Assembly (NCBI RefSeq): GCF_036588685.1
Contig: NC_086384.1
Span: 59,272,001 to 59,336,000 of the forward strand
DNA from: Mytilus trossulus
Taxonomy: Eukaryota
DNA length: 64,000 bases
Direction of reading: 5' to 3'
The position numbers were made by a program, and so were the translations under genes. Under the pieces are notes generated by a model. That model saw only the letters and a list, made by a program, of their open reading frames with translations, made no database searches and had not been told where the DNA came from. Of the stretch, positions 11,219 through 24,276 are shown one piece after another (position 1 is the stretch's first letter; every line of letters begins with the position of its first letter).

Positions 11219-14200
11219 ATTTTATATTATGAGGATTGTTACGTTATATAATAACGTTACTCTCTGTATTACTGATCATTCTTGCAATTTACCTGTAAGT
11301 TTTAACTTTTAGTGGAAAATGCTTTATTTCAGGGGTAATAACTCAGGTTTACTGATTTTTCTGACATTTTAAGGTAAATGTCGTGCTGAATATTTTTGCA
11401 ACTTGCATTTTAAATGCAGATGACACTTACATTCAAAAACTGAAAAAAAGATGTTGTTTAACGGACAAATAAAACATACTCAAAGATATGTCTACGGATT
11501 TTTACTACTTTGCAAGTTCATGGCATCTGCATTCTGTATTCTGTGTCCTTTCTACCAATATAGGGACACCTTCAGAATGAAGTCAAGAATATCCTTTCAC
11601 CAGTAGAATGTTATAAATTAAAAGTATCCAACCACCAATATAATATGTATAACGATGTACAGCTATTTACAATTGTCGGTATACATGTATCTCTATACCA
11701 ATATCACACACGTTCTCGTCTATACAATTTAGAAATGAGTCATTAGATAGCATGAGATTTGCAGTGTACACAACCATTTTCTTAAATAAAACTGTGCTCT
11801 TAAATCATTTTCTCTATATTTTTTCTGCATCTTGTTGTGATGATTTTTTTGGGTGTTTTATATGTTATCCTTGAGTTTTAATTCACAGTCAACAACTGTT
11901 TTACATTGAAAAAAAAATATAGATATAAAAAAGAAGATGTGGTATGATTGCCAATAATATAACAAGTTACCATAATGACACATAAATTAACAACTTTAAT
12001 CGGTCACCGTACGGCCTTCGACAATGAGCAAAGGCCATACCACATAGTTCGCTATAAAAGGCCCCAAAGTGACAATGTAAAACAATCCAAACGAGAAAAG
12101 CTAACGGCCTTATTTCTATAAAAAAATTAAGTCTTTATTGCCACAATAAGACATCCAACTGTAGGGCATTAGCTAAAACCCCGTTGTAACTTAATTCTTT
12201 CCGCTCCTTATTTTAAATAGCCTTTCTGATTAATAAGAAAGGATTTATGAAGGGGAACCTCTTCAATAGACATACATGACTGATACTGTATTCATCCTCA
12301 TTACAAACTGTTTGCAATATAGATGCTCACTAAGTTAGAAATACAGCAAATTCTGTCAATCTGCAAAAACTACTTAGTACATGTATCAATCACTGGAGAA
12401 AAACACTTAGTACGTGTATCAATCACTGGAGAAAAACACTTAGTACGTGTATCAATCATTGGAGAAAAACGTTTGAGCTGAAGATAATTTACAGATTTTA
12501 AAATTATTTTATAAACTTGGTATGATTGCAAAAGTCACAATTATCTTTAAAAGATAAACAAACTATTGAATGTAACTTTAGATCATTGTTCAGCCTTCAA
12601 CAATGAGCATAATCCACACCACACCTGAAAGTAAGCTTAACAGAACCTACACGTAGCTGCCATTCAAAAGAGGAAACCTACTGCTTTTTTTGCCAACATC
12701 AGACATAGTACAAAAATAAGTTAAAACCAACCAAGACTATAGATTATGTCAGAGACAGTAATTTTAAGACGAGACAGAGTTTCTTTTAAAAGAGGGACAG
12801 TCAAGCTAATAAATCCAAACAAAAACTGACAACGCCATGGCTAAAAAAGGACAAATAGACCAATAGCAGTAGACATGATACAACAGGCCAATTGCGTGTA
12901 ACGAATAGGCGAACACAGAGACTCGAAGCGTCTGCATTTTGCAAAATTCTAATCAAATCCCCTACTTTTTCAACTTCAATACTGTAATGTCATACATACT
13001 TTTGAAATGACTTTAATGTGATTTGATAACAATGAATAACAACCTCTAGCCATAACTAGAATGTATACCTAAACAGGTCATTTTCGATATAAGGAGTTTA
13101 TCTACTTAAACATTTTAATGTACATGAAAAACTACAATTATTTAAAATTAATTCTGAAACAACACGATTCTATTGTTTATTTAATCTCTCATATTGAGGT
13201 GTATTTTTTATTAAATATTATCTTTTATATATATTATATTATCAAACAACCCTCATCTCTCCTTGTATCAACAACCACAATCATTCTCTTCTTGTCAGTC
13301 TAATATCAACAACCACACTCATTCTCTCCTTGTCGGCCTTATATCAACAACCACAATCATTCTCTCCTTGTCGACCTTATAACAACAACAAACTGTTTGT
13401 ATCATTGTGCTGGTTAGTCCAATATCAACACGTACAGTTAGCGTTCCTAACATTCTGAACTGATAGACTGCAATGTTGCAGAAATCCGATTCATTTGAAC
13501 TGTTTTGGATAGTGTTTCATTGGCAATCTAACAAAATCTGCTTGTTTTATATGAAGACAAAACATTTAAAAGGACCTTGATAGCCATATATTAGGTAGAG
13601 TCACCAAAAAAAACCCGCAGCTTTAAATTTTTAAAGATAAATGATGACCCTCCTCCTCAAACTCGAAAAATGTTGAAACAAATATCTGTATATATCTATT
13701 AACGGTCTACTTTTAAGATAAAACTGTGAAATTATATTATCCGTCAAAAAGCTAAAAATGTTTCCGTGTTTTGCCAATATTTAATCCAAATGTTGCTCTA
13801 TTGTTTCGTTCAAACATCATTAATATCATTAATGGCCTGTGCATTCTCTTTGTCGGTTAACATTTAATTAACTTAAAGGTTTAGTGTCTGTGCATGAATC
13901 AAGTCTATATATAAGGTATATTTTCGTTCGTATACTTGATATTTTTGGAGGAATGAGTCGATACTGTGTTATATTTTCAAGTTTATTTTTCTCGACAAGG
14001 ACCAATATCCAACGTACATTTTTTTGTACTTATGAATTCTCGGTATGCTTATGAACGCAATTTATGTATTACTGGTACAATTATTAAACCAGGGATATCG
14101 TTACCATAAATAACTTATAACCTTTACTAAATTTTTCAAAAGATATAAAGATTTGGTTTTGAAGTTTGGTTGTACCTGTAAAAAACTTATTTCAAACGAG

Positions 14201-17200
14201 ATAGCACATCCTCATTGTTGTTTACCGTGCCCAAAAATTTAGAAATGATTCATGTAAACTTGTCGCTCCTTTAAATAAACTTATTCTAAAAGGTTACCAA
14301 ATCAATACTTTAATAAGATCATTGAATATTGTTTTTATTGGTATAAAATTATATTAATTTTGTTATATACATATCATGGATCTACAATCTGTCGATACCT
14401 GTAATTTGACATTGCACAAGGTCATGGTTTTCTCTGGTTGTTTATGACGTCTTTACACTAAATCCATTGGATGTTGGATGTGTACGGATTGATAGTTTAG
14501 TCTTAGATGCATAATATTTTTTTTTATTAATATGATAGTGGCTTAGAACTAGCTGTCAGATTACTGCGAGTACACTCAGATCTGTTCATTTTGTCTTTTG
14601 CTGTCGGGATGTATAAGTACCCGGCCACGTCCACTTGTAGTTTTGTCCATCTGATGAGTTAAGCCTTTTTCAACTGATTTCAACTGATTTTTATAGTTCG
14701 TTCTTATGATGTACTGTTATACCCCTGTCCCAGGTTAGGAGGAGGGTTGGGATCCCGCTAACATGTTTAATCCCGCCACATTATTTATGTATGTGCCTGT
14801 CCTAAGCCAGGAGCATGTAATTCAGTGGTTGTCGTTTGTTTATGTGTTATATATTTGTTTTTCGTTCATTTTCTTATATAAATAAGGCCGTTAGTTTTCT
14901 CGTTTGAATTGTTTTACATTGTCTTATCAGGGCATTTTATAGCTGACTATGCGGTATGGGGTATACTCATTGTTGTAGACCGTACGGTGACCTAAAGTTG
15001 TTAATGTATGTGTCATTTTGGTGGGTTAACAGTTGTCTCATGGGCAATCATACCACATCTTCTTTTTTATATTTTATATTATGAGGATTGTTACGTTATA
15101 TAATTACGTTACTCTCTGTATTACTGATCATTCTTGCAATTTACCTGTAAGTTTTAACTTTTAGTGGAAAATGCTTTATTTCAGGGGTAATAACTCAGGT
15201 TTACTGATTTTTCTGACATTTTAAGGTAAATGTCGTGCTGAATATTTTTGCAACTTGCACTTTAAATGCAGATGACACTTACATTCAAAAACTGAAAAAA
15301 AGATGTTGTTTAACGGACAAATAAAACATACTCAAAGATATGTCTACGGATTTTTACTACTTTGCAAGTTCATGGCATCTGCATTCTGTATTCTGTGTCC
15401 TTTCTACCAATATAGGGACACCTTCAGAATGAAGTCAAGAATATCCTTTCACCAGTAGAATGTTATAAATTAAAAGTATCCAACCACCAATATAATATGT
15501 ATAACGATGTACAGCTATTTACAATTGTCGGTATACATGTATCTCTATACCAATATCACACACGTTCTCGTCTATACAATTTAGAAATGAGTCATTAGAT
15601 AGCATGAGATTTGCAGTGTACACAACCATTTTCTTAAATAAAACTGTGCTCTTAAATCATTTTCTCTATATTTTTTCTGCATCTTGTTGTGATGATTTTT
15701 TTGGGTGTTTTATATGTTATCCTTGAGTTTTAATTCACAGTCAACAACTGTTTTACATTGAAAAAAAAATATAAATATAAAAAAGAAGATGTGGTATGAT
15801 TGCCAATAATATAACAAGTTACCATAATGACACATAAATTAACAACTTTAATCGGTCACCGTACGGCCTTCGACAATGAGCAAAGGCCATACCACATAGT
15901 TCGCTATAAAAGGCCCCAAAGTGACAATGTAAAACAATCCAAACGAGAAAAGCTAACGGCCTTATTTCTATAAAAAAATTAAGTCTTTATTGCCACAATA
16001 AGACATCCAACTGTAGGGCATTAGCTAAAACCCCGTTGTAACTTAATTCTTTCCGCTCCTTATTTTAAATAGCCTTTCTGATTAATAAGAAAGGATTTAT
16101 GAAGGGGAACCTCTTCAATAGACATACATGACTGATACTGTATTCATCCTCATTACAAACTGTTTGCAATATAGATGCTCACTAAGTTAGAAATACAGCA
16201 AATTCTGTCAATCTGCAAAAACTACTTAGTACATGTATCAATCACTGGAGAAAAACACTTAGTACGTGTATCAATCACTGGAGAAAAACACTTAGTACGT
16301 GTATCAATCATTGGAGAAAAACGTTTGAGCTGAAGATAATTTACAGATTTTAAAATTATTTTATAAACTTGGTATGATTGCAAAAGTCACAATTATCTTT
16401 AAAAGATAAACAAACTATTGAATGTAACTTTAGATCATTGTTCAGCCTTCAACAATGAGCATAATCCACACCACACCTGAAAGTAAGCTTAACAGAACCT
16501 ACACGTAGCTGCCATTCAAAAGAGGAAACCTACTGCTTTTTTTGCCAACATCAGACATAGTACAAAAATAAGTTAAAACCAACCAAGACTATAGATTATG
16601 TCAGAGACAGTAATTTTAAGACGAGACAGAGTTTCTTTTAAAAGAGGGACAGTCAAGCTAATAAATCCAAACAAAAACTGACAACGCCATGGCTAAAAAA
16701 GGACAAATAGACCAATAGCAGTAGACATGATACAACAGGCCAATTGCGTGTAACGAATAGGCGAACACAGAGACTCGAAGCGTCTGCATTTTGCAAAATT
16801 CTAATCAAATCCCCTACTTCTTCAACTTCAGTACTGTAATGTCATACATACTTTTGAAATGACTTTAATGTGATTTGATAACAATGAATAACAACTTCTA
16901 GCCATAACTAGAATGTATACCTAAACAGGTCATTTTCGATATAAGGAGTTTATCTACTTAAACATTTTAATGTACATGAAAAACTACAATTATTTAAAAT
17001 TAATTCTGAAACAACACGATTCTATTGTTTATTTAATCTCTCATATTGAGGTGTATTTTTTATTAAATATTATCTTTTGACCTTATTATTCAAAACTATT
17101 TTAATTTTACCACTGTGCCAATATTTCACTTAATCGGATTTAAATGGATTTATGTGAATTTTATACCCTAACCTTTAAAGAAATGATTTTTTAATGTATT

Positions 17201-17258
17201 GCTTTCAATATGGCGGAATATTTCTTCAAAAGATAGTAAGCTAGTTATAACAAAAACA

Positions 17259-18135
17259 ATGGGTATTCATTTTTGTGTTCTGTTTGTTATATATGTTTTG
17301 TCATCAGCATCCGGGGACCCTACCGGTTGTACATATGATGCATCGACAATTTTATTCACCTGTAACGCAAGAAGTTGGAGTTTGCCTCTTGTATTTTCTG
17401 ACTTTACAACTGCGCAGCCGCAAAGACTGATGCTGAAAGATGTTGATGGCGAAATCTCAGCAAGTGCACCGAATGGACCGGCATTTTCTGGATTCAGTAG
17501 TATTAACACTGCAACTTTTGACCCAGACTATGCGCCAGCCCTGTATATCATGTGTTATTTCGGAGGGCAGTTAATTTTGGACAAAGACGCGTTTGCCGAT
17601 TTCAGTTACGTTGAGGAAGTCAAAATCATAAACTGTGATATTCTATCTATTCCAGTTGAAGCATTCTCTTACTTTGGAGATGTCAACATATTCCACATCC
17701 AAGGCGGATCCATTTCTAATATGGTGGCTGATAGTTTCAAAAATCTGAACGTAAATCGAATGACAACAGTACCGAATCCTAAGGGAGAGTTCGCAATTAT
17801 TAACTCAGAGCTGACGTCCGGTGCATTGGCGTTCGGAGCATTGTTTAATATGCCAAATATTGAACGAGTGCTGATTGAAAACGCTCACCTATCAACAGTA
17901 ACATCCGACATGTTCTATGCTTTATCAAAGTTAAATTATGCTTCCCTGAATTATAACACGTTTACAACCATCCCGAACAACATGTTTGCCAATGTGTTTG
18001 GCCTTGCCTCAGTAGATATGTATGGCATCAGCTGGGACTGTTCCTGCGACAACCTCTGGTTCTTGGACTATCTATCAGAGAACAATATCACTATGAATGG
18101 CGACATAGTCTGTAGCACTCCTGTTGATTACGAAC
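17259..18135 (+). CDS. LRR-TM gene 3, exon 1
   Basis: MGIHFCVLFVIYVLSSASG signal peptide, DPTGCTYD cap, LRRs and WDCSCDNLWF...IVCSTP; donor GAAC|GTAAGT, phase 1. Confidence 0.9.
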
Positions 18136-18159
18136 GTAAGTTACATTATTAAATTAAAA

Positions 18160-18462
18160 TTGAAAATGGAAATGGGGAATGTGTCGAAGAGACAACATCC
18201 CGACCAAAGAAAAAAACAACAGCAGAAGGTCTACAACAGATCTTCAATGTAGTGATAAATTTCCGCACCTGGAGTCGTCCTTCAGCTGGCCCCTAAACAA
18301 ATATATACTAGTTCAGTGATAATGAACGCCATACAAATTTATTTCCAAATTGTACACAAAAAACTAAAATTAAAGCAAAACAAGACGAACAAAGAATTGG
18401 GACGGTCGCAAAAATGCGGCGGGTTTCAACATGTTTATGAGGTCGCAGCCCTCCCCTATACC
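18160..18462. mobile_element. Interspersed repeat family B fragment; other copies ~34790-35475 and ~41540-41672 (reverse), ~56697-57315
   Basis: Shared attgagaatggaaatggggaatgtgtcaaagagacaac...ggaggcgtccttcagctggcccctaaac. Confidence 0.75.
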
Positions 18463-18473
18463 TCTGATGAACA

Positions 18474-21400
18474 CCTGTTGATTACGAACGTAAGTGACAT
18501 TGTATGCAGCACTCCTGTTGATTACGAACGTGAGTGACATTGTATGTAGCACTGACATTTTCTGAAGCACTTCTTATGATTAGGAGAGTAAGAGACAAGG
18601 TATGTAGCACTCCTATTGATAACAAACGAAAGTGACATTGTCGGTAGCACTCCTGTTGATTACAAATGTAAGTTACATTGTCAGTAACACTCCGGTTGAT
18701 TACGAACGTAAGTGACATTTTCTGTAGCACTCCTGTTGATTACGAATGTACGTGACATTGTATGTAGCACTTATGTTGATTACGAACGTAAGTGACATTA
18801 TCGGTAGCACTCCTGTTAATTACGAACATAAGTGACATTGTATGTAGCACTCCTGTTGATTACGAACGTAAGTGACATTGTATGTAGCACTGCTATTGAT
18901 TACGAACGTAAGTGAAATTGTATGTAGCACTTATGTTGATTACGAACGTAAGTGACATTATCGGTAGCACTCCTGTTAATTACGAACATAAGTGACATTG
19001 TATGTAGCACTCCTGTTGATTACGAACGTAAGTGACATTGTATGCAGCACTCCTGTGGATTACGAACGTAAGTGACATTGTATGCAGCACTCCTGGTGAT
19101 TACGAACGTGAGTGACATTGTATGTAGCACTGCTGTTGATTACGAACGTAAGTGACATGGTCTTTAGCACCCCTGTTGATTACGAACGTAAGTGAAATTG
19201 TATGCAGCACTCCTGGTGATAACGAACGTGAGTGACATTGTATGTAGCATTCCTGTTGATTACGAACGTAAGTGACATTGTATGCAGCACTCCTGTTGAT
19301 TACGAACGTGAGTGACATTGTATGTAGCACTGACATTTTCTGAAGCACTTCTTATGATTAAGAGAGTAAGAGACAAGGTATGTAGCACTCCTATTGATAA
19401 CAAACGAAAGTGACATTGTCGGTAGCACTCCTGTTGATTACAAATGTAAGTTACATTGTCAGTAACATTCCTGTTGATTACGAACTTAAGTGACATTTTC
19501 TGTAGCACTCCTGTTGATTACGAACGTACGTGACATTGTATGTAGCACTTCTGATTACGAACGTAAGTGCAATTATCGGTAGCATTCCTGTTGATTACGA
19601 ACGTAAGTGACATTGTCTGTAGCACTCATGTTGATTACGAACGTAAGTGACATTGTATGTAGCACTGCTGTTGATTACGAACGTAAGTGACATTGTATGT
19701 AGCACTGCTGTTGATTACGAACGTTAGTGACATTGTATGCAGCACTCCTGTTGATTACGAACGTAAGTGATATTGTATGTAGCACTGCTGTTGATTACCA
19801 ACGTAAGTGACATTGTCTGTAGCACTCCTGTTGATTACGAACGTAAGTGACATTGTATGTAGCACTCATGTTGATTACGAACGTAAGTGCAATTATCGGA
19901 AGCATTCCTGTTGATTACGAACGTAAGTGATATTGTATGTATCACTGCTGTTGATTACGAACGTAAGTGACATTGTATGTAGCACTGCTGTTGATTACGA
20001 ACGTAAGTGACATTGTATGTAGCACTCATGTTGATTACGAACGTAAGTGACATTGTATGTAGTACTCCTGTTGATTACGAACGTAAGTGACATTGTATGT
20101 AGCACTGCTGTTGATTACGAACGTTAGTGACATTGTATGCAGCACTCCTGTTGATTACGAACGTAAGTGCAATTATCGGTAGCATTCCTGTTGATTACGA
20201 ACGTAAGTGACATTGTCTGTAGCACTCCTGTTGATTACGAACGTAAGTGACATTGTATGTAGCACTCATGTTGATTACGAACGTAAGTGCAATTATCGGA
20301 AGCATTCCTGTTGATTACGAACGTAAGTGATATTGTATGTAGCACTGCTGTTGATTACGAACGTAAGTGACATTGTATGTAGCACTGCTGTTGATTACGA
20401 ACGTAAGTGACATTGTATGTAGCACTCATGTTGATTACGAACGTAAGTGACATTGTATGTAGTACTCCTGTTGATTACGAACGTAAGTGACGTTGTATGT
20501 AGCACTGCTGTTGATTACGAACGTTAGTGACATTGTATGTAGCACTCATGTTGATTACGATCGTAAGTGACATTGTATGTAGCACTCATGTTGATTACGA
20601 ACGTAAGTGCAATTATCGGAAGCATTCCTGTTGATTACGAACGTAAGTGATATTGTATGTAGCACTGCTGTTGATTACGAACGTAAGTGACATTGTATGT
20701 AGCACTGCTGTTGATTACGAACGTAAGTGACATTGTATGTAGCACTCATGTTGATTACGAACGTAAGTGACATTGTATGCAGCACTCCTGTTGATTACGA
20801 ACGTAAGTGACATTGTATGTAGCACTGCTGTTGATTACGAACGTTAGTGACATTGTATGCAGCACTCCTGTTGATTACGAACGTAAGTGCAATTATCGGT
20901 AGCATTCCTGTTGATTACGAACGTAAGTGACATTGTCTGTAGCACTCCTGTTGATTACGAACGTAAGTGACATTGTATGTAGCACTCCTGTTGATTACAA
21001 ACGTAAGTGACATTATCGGAAGCATTCCTGTTGATTACGAACGTTGGTGTCATTGTATGTAGCACTGCTGTTGATTACGAACGTAAGTGACATTGTATGT
21101 AGCACTCCTGTTGATTACGAACGTAAGTGACATTGTATGTAGCACTCCTGTTGATTACGAACGTAAGTGAAATTGTATGTAGCACTCCTGTTGATTACGA
21201 ACGTAAGTGAAATTGTATGTAGCACTCCTGTTGATTACGAACGTTAGTGATATTGTATGTAGTACTCCATTTGATTACGAACGTAAGTGAAATTGTATGT
21301 AGCACTCCTATTAAATACCTCCGTAAGTGATATTGTATGTAGAACTCCTGTTGATTAAGAAATTAATTTATATTGTCGTTAGCATTCCTTTTGAGTACGA

Positions 21401-21688
21401 ACGTAAGTTACAATGTCTGTATCATTTTGGTTAATTACGTTAGCAAGTTAAATTGTATGTAGCACTCCTGTTGATTACGACCGTAAGTGACATTCTCTGT
21501 AGCACTCCTGATGATTTCGAACGTAAGTTACATTGTCGGTAGTACACTCGCTGATTACGAAGGTAAGTTACATTGTATGTAGCACTCTTGATGATTACGA
21601 ACGTTAGTGGCATTGTATGTAGCACTCCTGTTGATTAGGAACGTAAGTGAAATTGTCGGTAGCACTCCTGTTGATTACGAACGTAAGT
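18474..21688 (+). repeat. 40-bp tandem array of the gene 3 exon1/intron1 donor junction, ~80 copies
   Basis: Unit gacattgtatgtagcactcctgttgattacgaac|gtaagt versus the true exon end gacatagtctgtagcactcctgttgattacgaac|gtaagt (18102-18141). Confidence 0.95.
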
Positions 21689-21959
21689 CTCCAAAGTTGT
21701 ACCGGTACTTTAATGTATTGTACAGCTAACTATGTCTTGTTCCATACATTTGCTTTTAAGCACACGTTAGAGAAAAACGTTACCTGTATTCAACAAGGAA
21801 ATGATTTACCTTGATACATATAAATATAGATACAAATATGATTATCAATCAGGTGATAAATAAAGGTCAGCACACGTTATCCACTTGCCACATTTATGCA
21901 ATATTGTATATACATTGCCACTGTTGATAAAACATTTCATCGCTACTATTCTCTTTCAG

Positions 21960-22025
21960 ATAAACGTGCAACAAAGTACAACTTGGACACTTGTGTTACA
22001 GATGGGGTGTGCGGTAAAATAACAG
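21960..22025 (+). CDS. LRR-TM gene 3, exon 2 (HKRATKYNLDTCVTDGVCGKIT)
   Basis: ttctctttcag acceptor and CAG|GTAAAG donor; 66 nt. Confidence 0.85.
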
Positions 22026-22424
22026 GTAAAGTCTATGGGTTTTATGAATTTTAATAAAAGCAGATTTTAGGTATACACCAATAGTACAGAAAACCCAACA
22101 ACAAAATGACGAAAAGTGTCTATGTTTTAAAATATTGCTTGCAAGACTAAAATCAATCTATGAACTATTTCAACTAAACAAGAAAAACAGGATGGATATA
22201 AAAAAAAAATAGGCTTTTTAAAAGATTGGACATAATGTGATGATAAAACAGACGCGATCGAATCCAGGATTTGATTTTGATTGATCGGGTGGGTTCTCCG
22301 TTATAAAAACACCGCAGACAATTTTAAATTTAAGTTACATTTGTAGTCCTCTTTTATTTGGAAGACGTCAGATGCTCTCCCTTTTGAATCAACGCTTGTA
22401 CAGTTATATCCAATAACGTTGAAC

Positions 22425-24007
22425 TATGTCGGTTCTTGTAATATATTGTTTTCTACAAACTCTCAGATACATTTTGTTTTTACTAGGTATTGCTATTGGT
22501 AGTATGTCGGTACTTGTAATATATTGTTTTCTACAAACTCTCAGATACATTTTGTTTATACTAGGTATTGCTATTGGTAGTACGTGTGTGAGTATGTAAT
22601 ATATTGTTTTCTACAAACTCTCAGATACATTTTGTTTTTACTAGGTATTGCTATTGGTAGTATGTCGGTACTTGTAATATATTGTTTTCTACAAACTCTC
22701 AGATACATTTTGTTTATACTAGGTATTGCTATTGGTAGTACGTGTGTGAGTATGTAATATATTGTTTTCTACAAACACTCAGATACATTTTGTTTTTACT
22801 AGGTATTGCTATTGGTAGTATGTCGGTACTTGTAATATATTGTTTTCTACAAACTCTCAGATACATTTTGTTTTTACTAGGTATTGCTATTGGTAGTATG
22901 TCGGTACTTGTAATATATTGTTTTCTACAAACACTCAGATACATTTTGTTTTTACTAGGTATTGCTATTGGTAGTATGTCGGTACTTGTAATATATTGTT
23001 TTCTACAAACTCTCAGATACATTTTGTTTTTACTAGGTATTGCTATTGGTAGTATGTCGGTACTTGTAATATATTGTTTTCTACAAACTCTCAGATACAT
23101 TTTGTTTATACTAGGTATTGCTATTGGTAGTACGTGTGTGAGTATGTAATATATTGTTTTCTACAAACACTCAGATACATTTTGTTTTTACTAGGTATTG
23201 CTATTGGTAGTATGTCGGTACTTGTAATATATTGTTTTCTACAAACTGTCAGATACATTTTGTTTTTACTAGGTATTGCTATTGGTAGTATGTCGGTACT
23301 TGTAATATATTGTTTTCTACAAACACTCAGATACATTTTGTTTTTACTAGGTATTGCTATTGGTAGTATGTCGGTACTTGTAATATATTGTTTTCTACAA
23401 ACTCTCAGATACATTTTGTTTTTACTAGGTATTGCTATTGGTAGTATGTCGGTACTTGTAATATATTGTTTTCTACAAACACTCAGATACATTTTGTTTT
23501 TACTAGGTATTGCTATTGGTAGTATGTCGGTACTTGTAATATATTGTTTTCTACAAACTGTCAGATACATTTTGTTTTTACTAGGTATTGCTATTGGTAG
23601 TATGTCGGTACTTGTAATATATTGTTTTCTACAAACACTCAGATACATTTTGTTTTTACTAGGTATTGCTATTGGTAGTATGTCGGTACTTGTAATATAT
23701 TGTTTTCTACAAACTGTCAGATACATTTTGTTTTTACTAGGTATTGCTATTGGTAGTATGTCGGTACTTGTAATATATTGTTTTCTACAAACACTCAGAT
23801 ACATTTTGTTTTTACTAGGTATTGCTATTGGTAGTATGTCGGTACTTGTAATATATTGTTTTCTACAAACTGTCAGATACATTTTGTTTTTACTAGGTAT
23901 TGCTATTGGTAGTATGTCGGTACTTGTAATATATTGTTTTCTACAAACACTCAGATACATTTTGTTTTTACTAGGTATTGCTATTGGTAGTACGTGCGTG
24001 AGTATGT
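22425..24007 (+). repeat. 78/80-bp tandem array of the gene 3 intron2/exon3 acceptor junction, 20 acceptor copies
   Basis: Unit tgtaatatattgttttctacaaactctcagatacattttgtttttactag|gtattgctattggtagtatgtcggtact. AG ends at 22486, 22564, 22644, 22722, 22802, 22880, 22958, 23036, 23114 and 23194, then every 78 bp to 23974. Confidence 0.95.
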
Positions 24008-24276
24008 TCGAGCTGATTAACTACATCCTCTTGTTAATCACACTGGTCATCTCCTGTGCAGCTCTTGGTCTTATTATCCACACTAAGCGGCAAGTCAGTG
24101 ACACCATAGAACCAAACAAGCCTGAACAATCACCTAGCAGGAACACGAGCCAAAACAGAATTGCGGGAAATCAACGAGAGCCGCCATCTTTAGAAGAATT
24201 ACAAGCTGGTCCGTTGCCTAGGAAACAAACTGGAGCTACTATCAGTAACATGGATTCCATAGATACGGAAGCGTAA
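23975..24276 (+). CDS. LRR-TM gene 3, exon 3 (GIAIGSTC + TM + tail ending DTEA)
   Basis: Frame of ORF 23134..24276. TM segment LINYILLLITLVISCAALGLII; AATAAA at 24465. Confidence 0.85.

Larger units (their letters stand above)
9532..17078. repeat. Near-identical ~3.7-kb tandem duplication (9532-~13226 and 13244-~17078) directly upstream of gene 3
   Basis: Both copies begin aaacaaccctcatctctccttgtatcaac and end ttaaatattatctttt. Copy 2 has an extra ~140 bp at ~13584-13724. Confidence 0.95.

Noticed and set aside
12370-12470. 34-bp triplication (also ~16222-16322) and an 18-bp repeat at ~58822-58888
   Set aside because: Ordinary short tandem repeats with no link to gene structure.
18474-21688. 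CRISPR-like regular repeats (also considered for the other arrays)
   Set aside because: Head-to-tail units with no unique spacers, no cas genes and a eukaryotic context.
22729-23960. Minus-strand repetitive ORFs (MYLSVCRKQYITSTDILPIAIPSKNK)n
   Set aside because: Antisense artefact of the 78-bp array.
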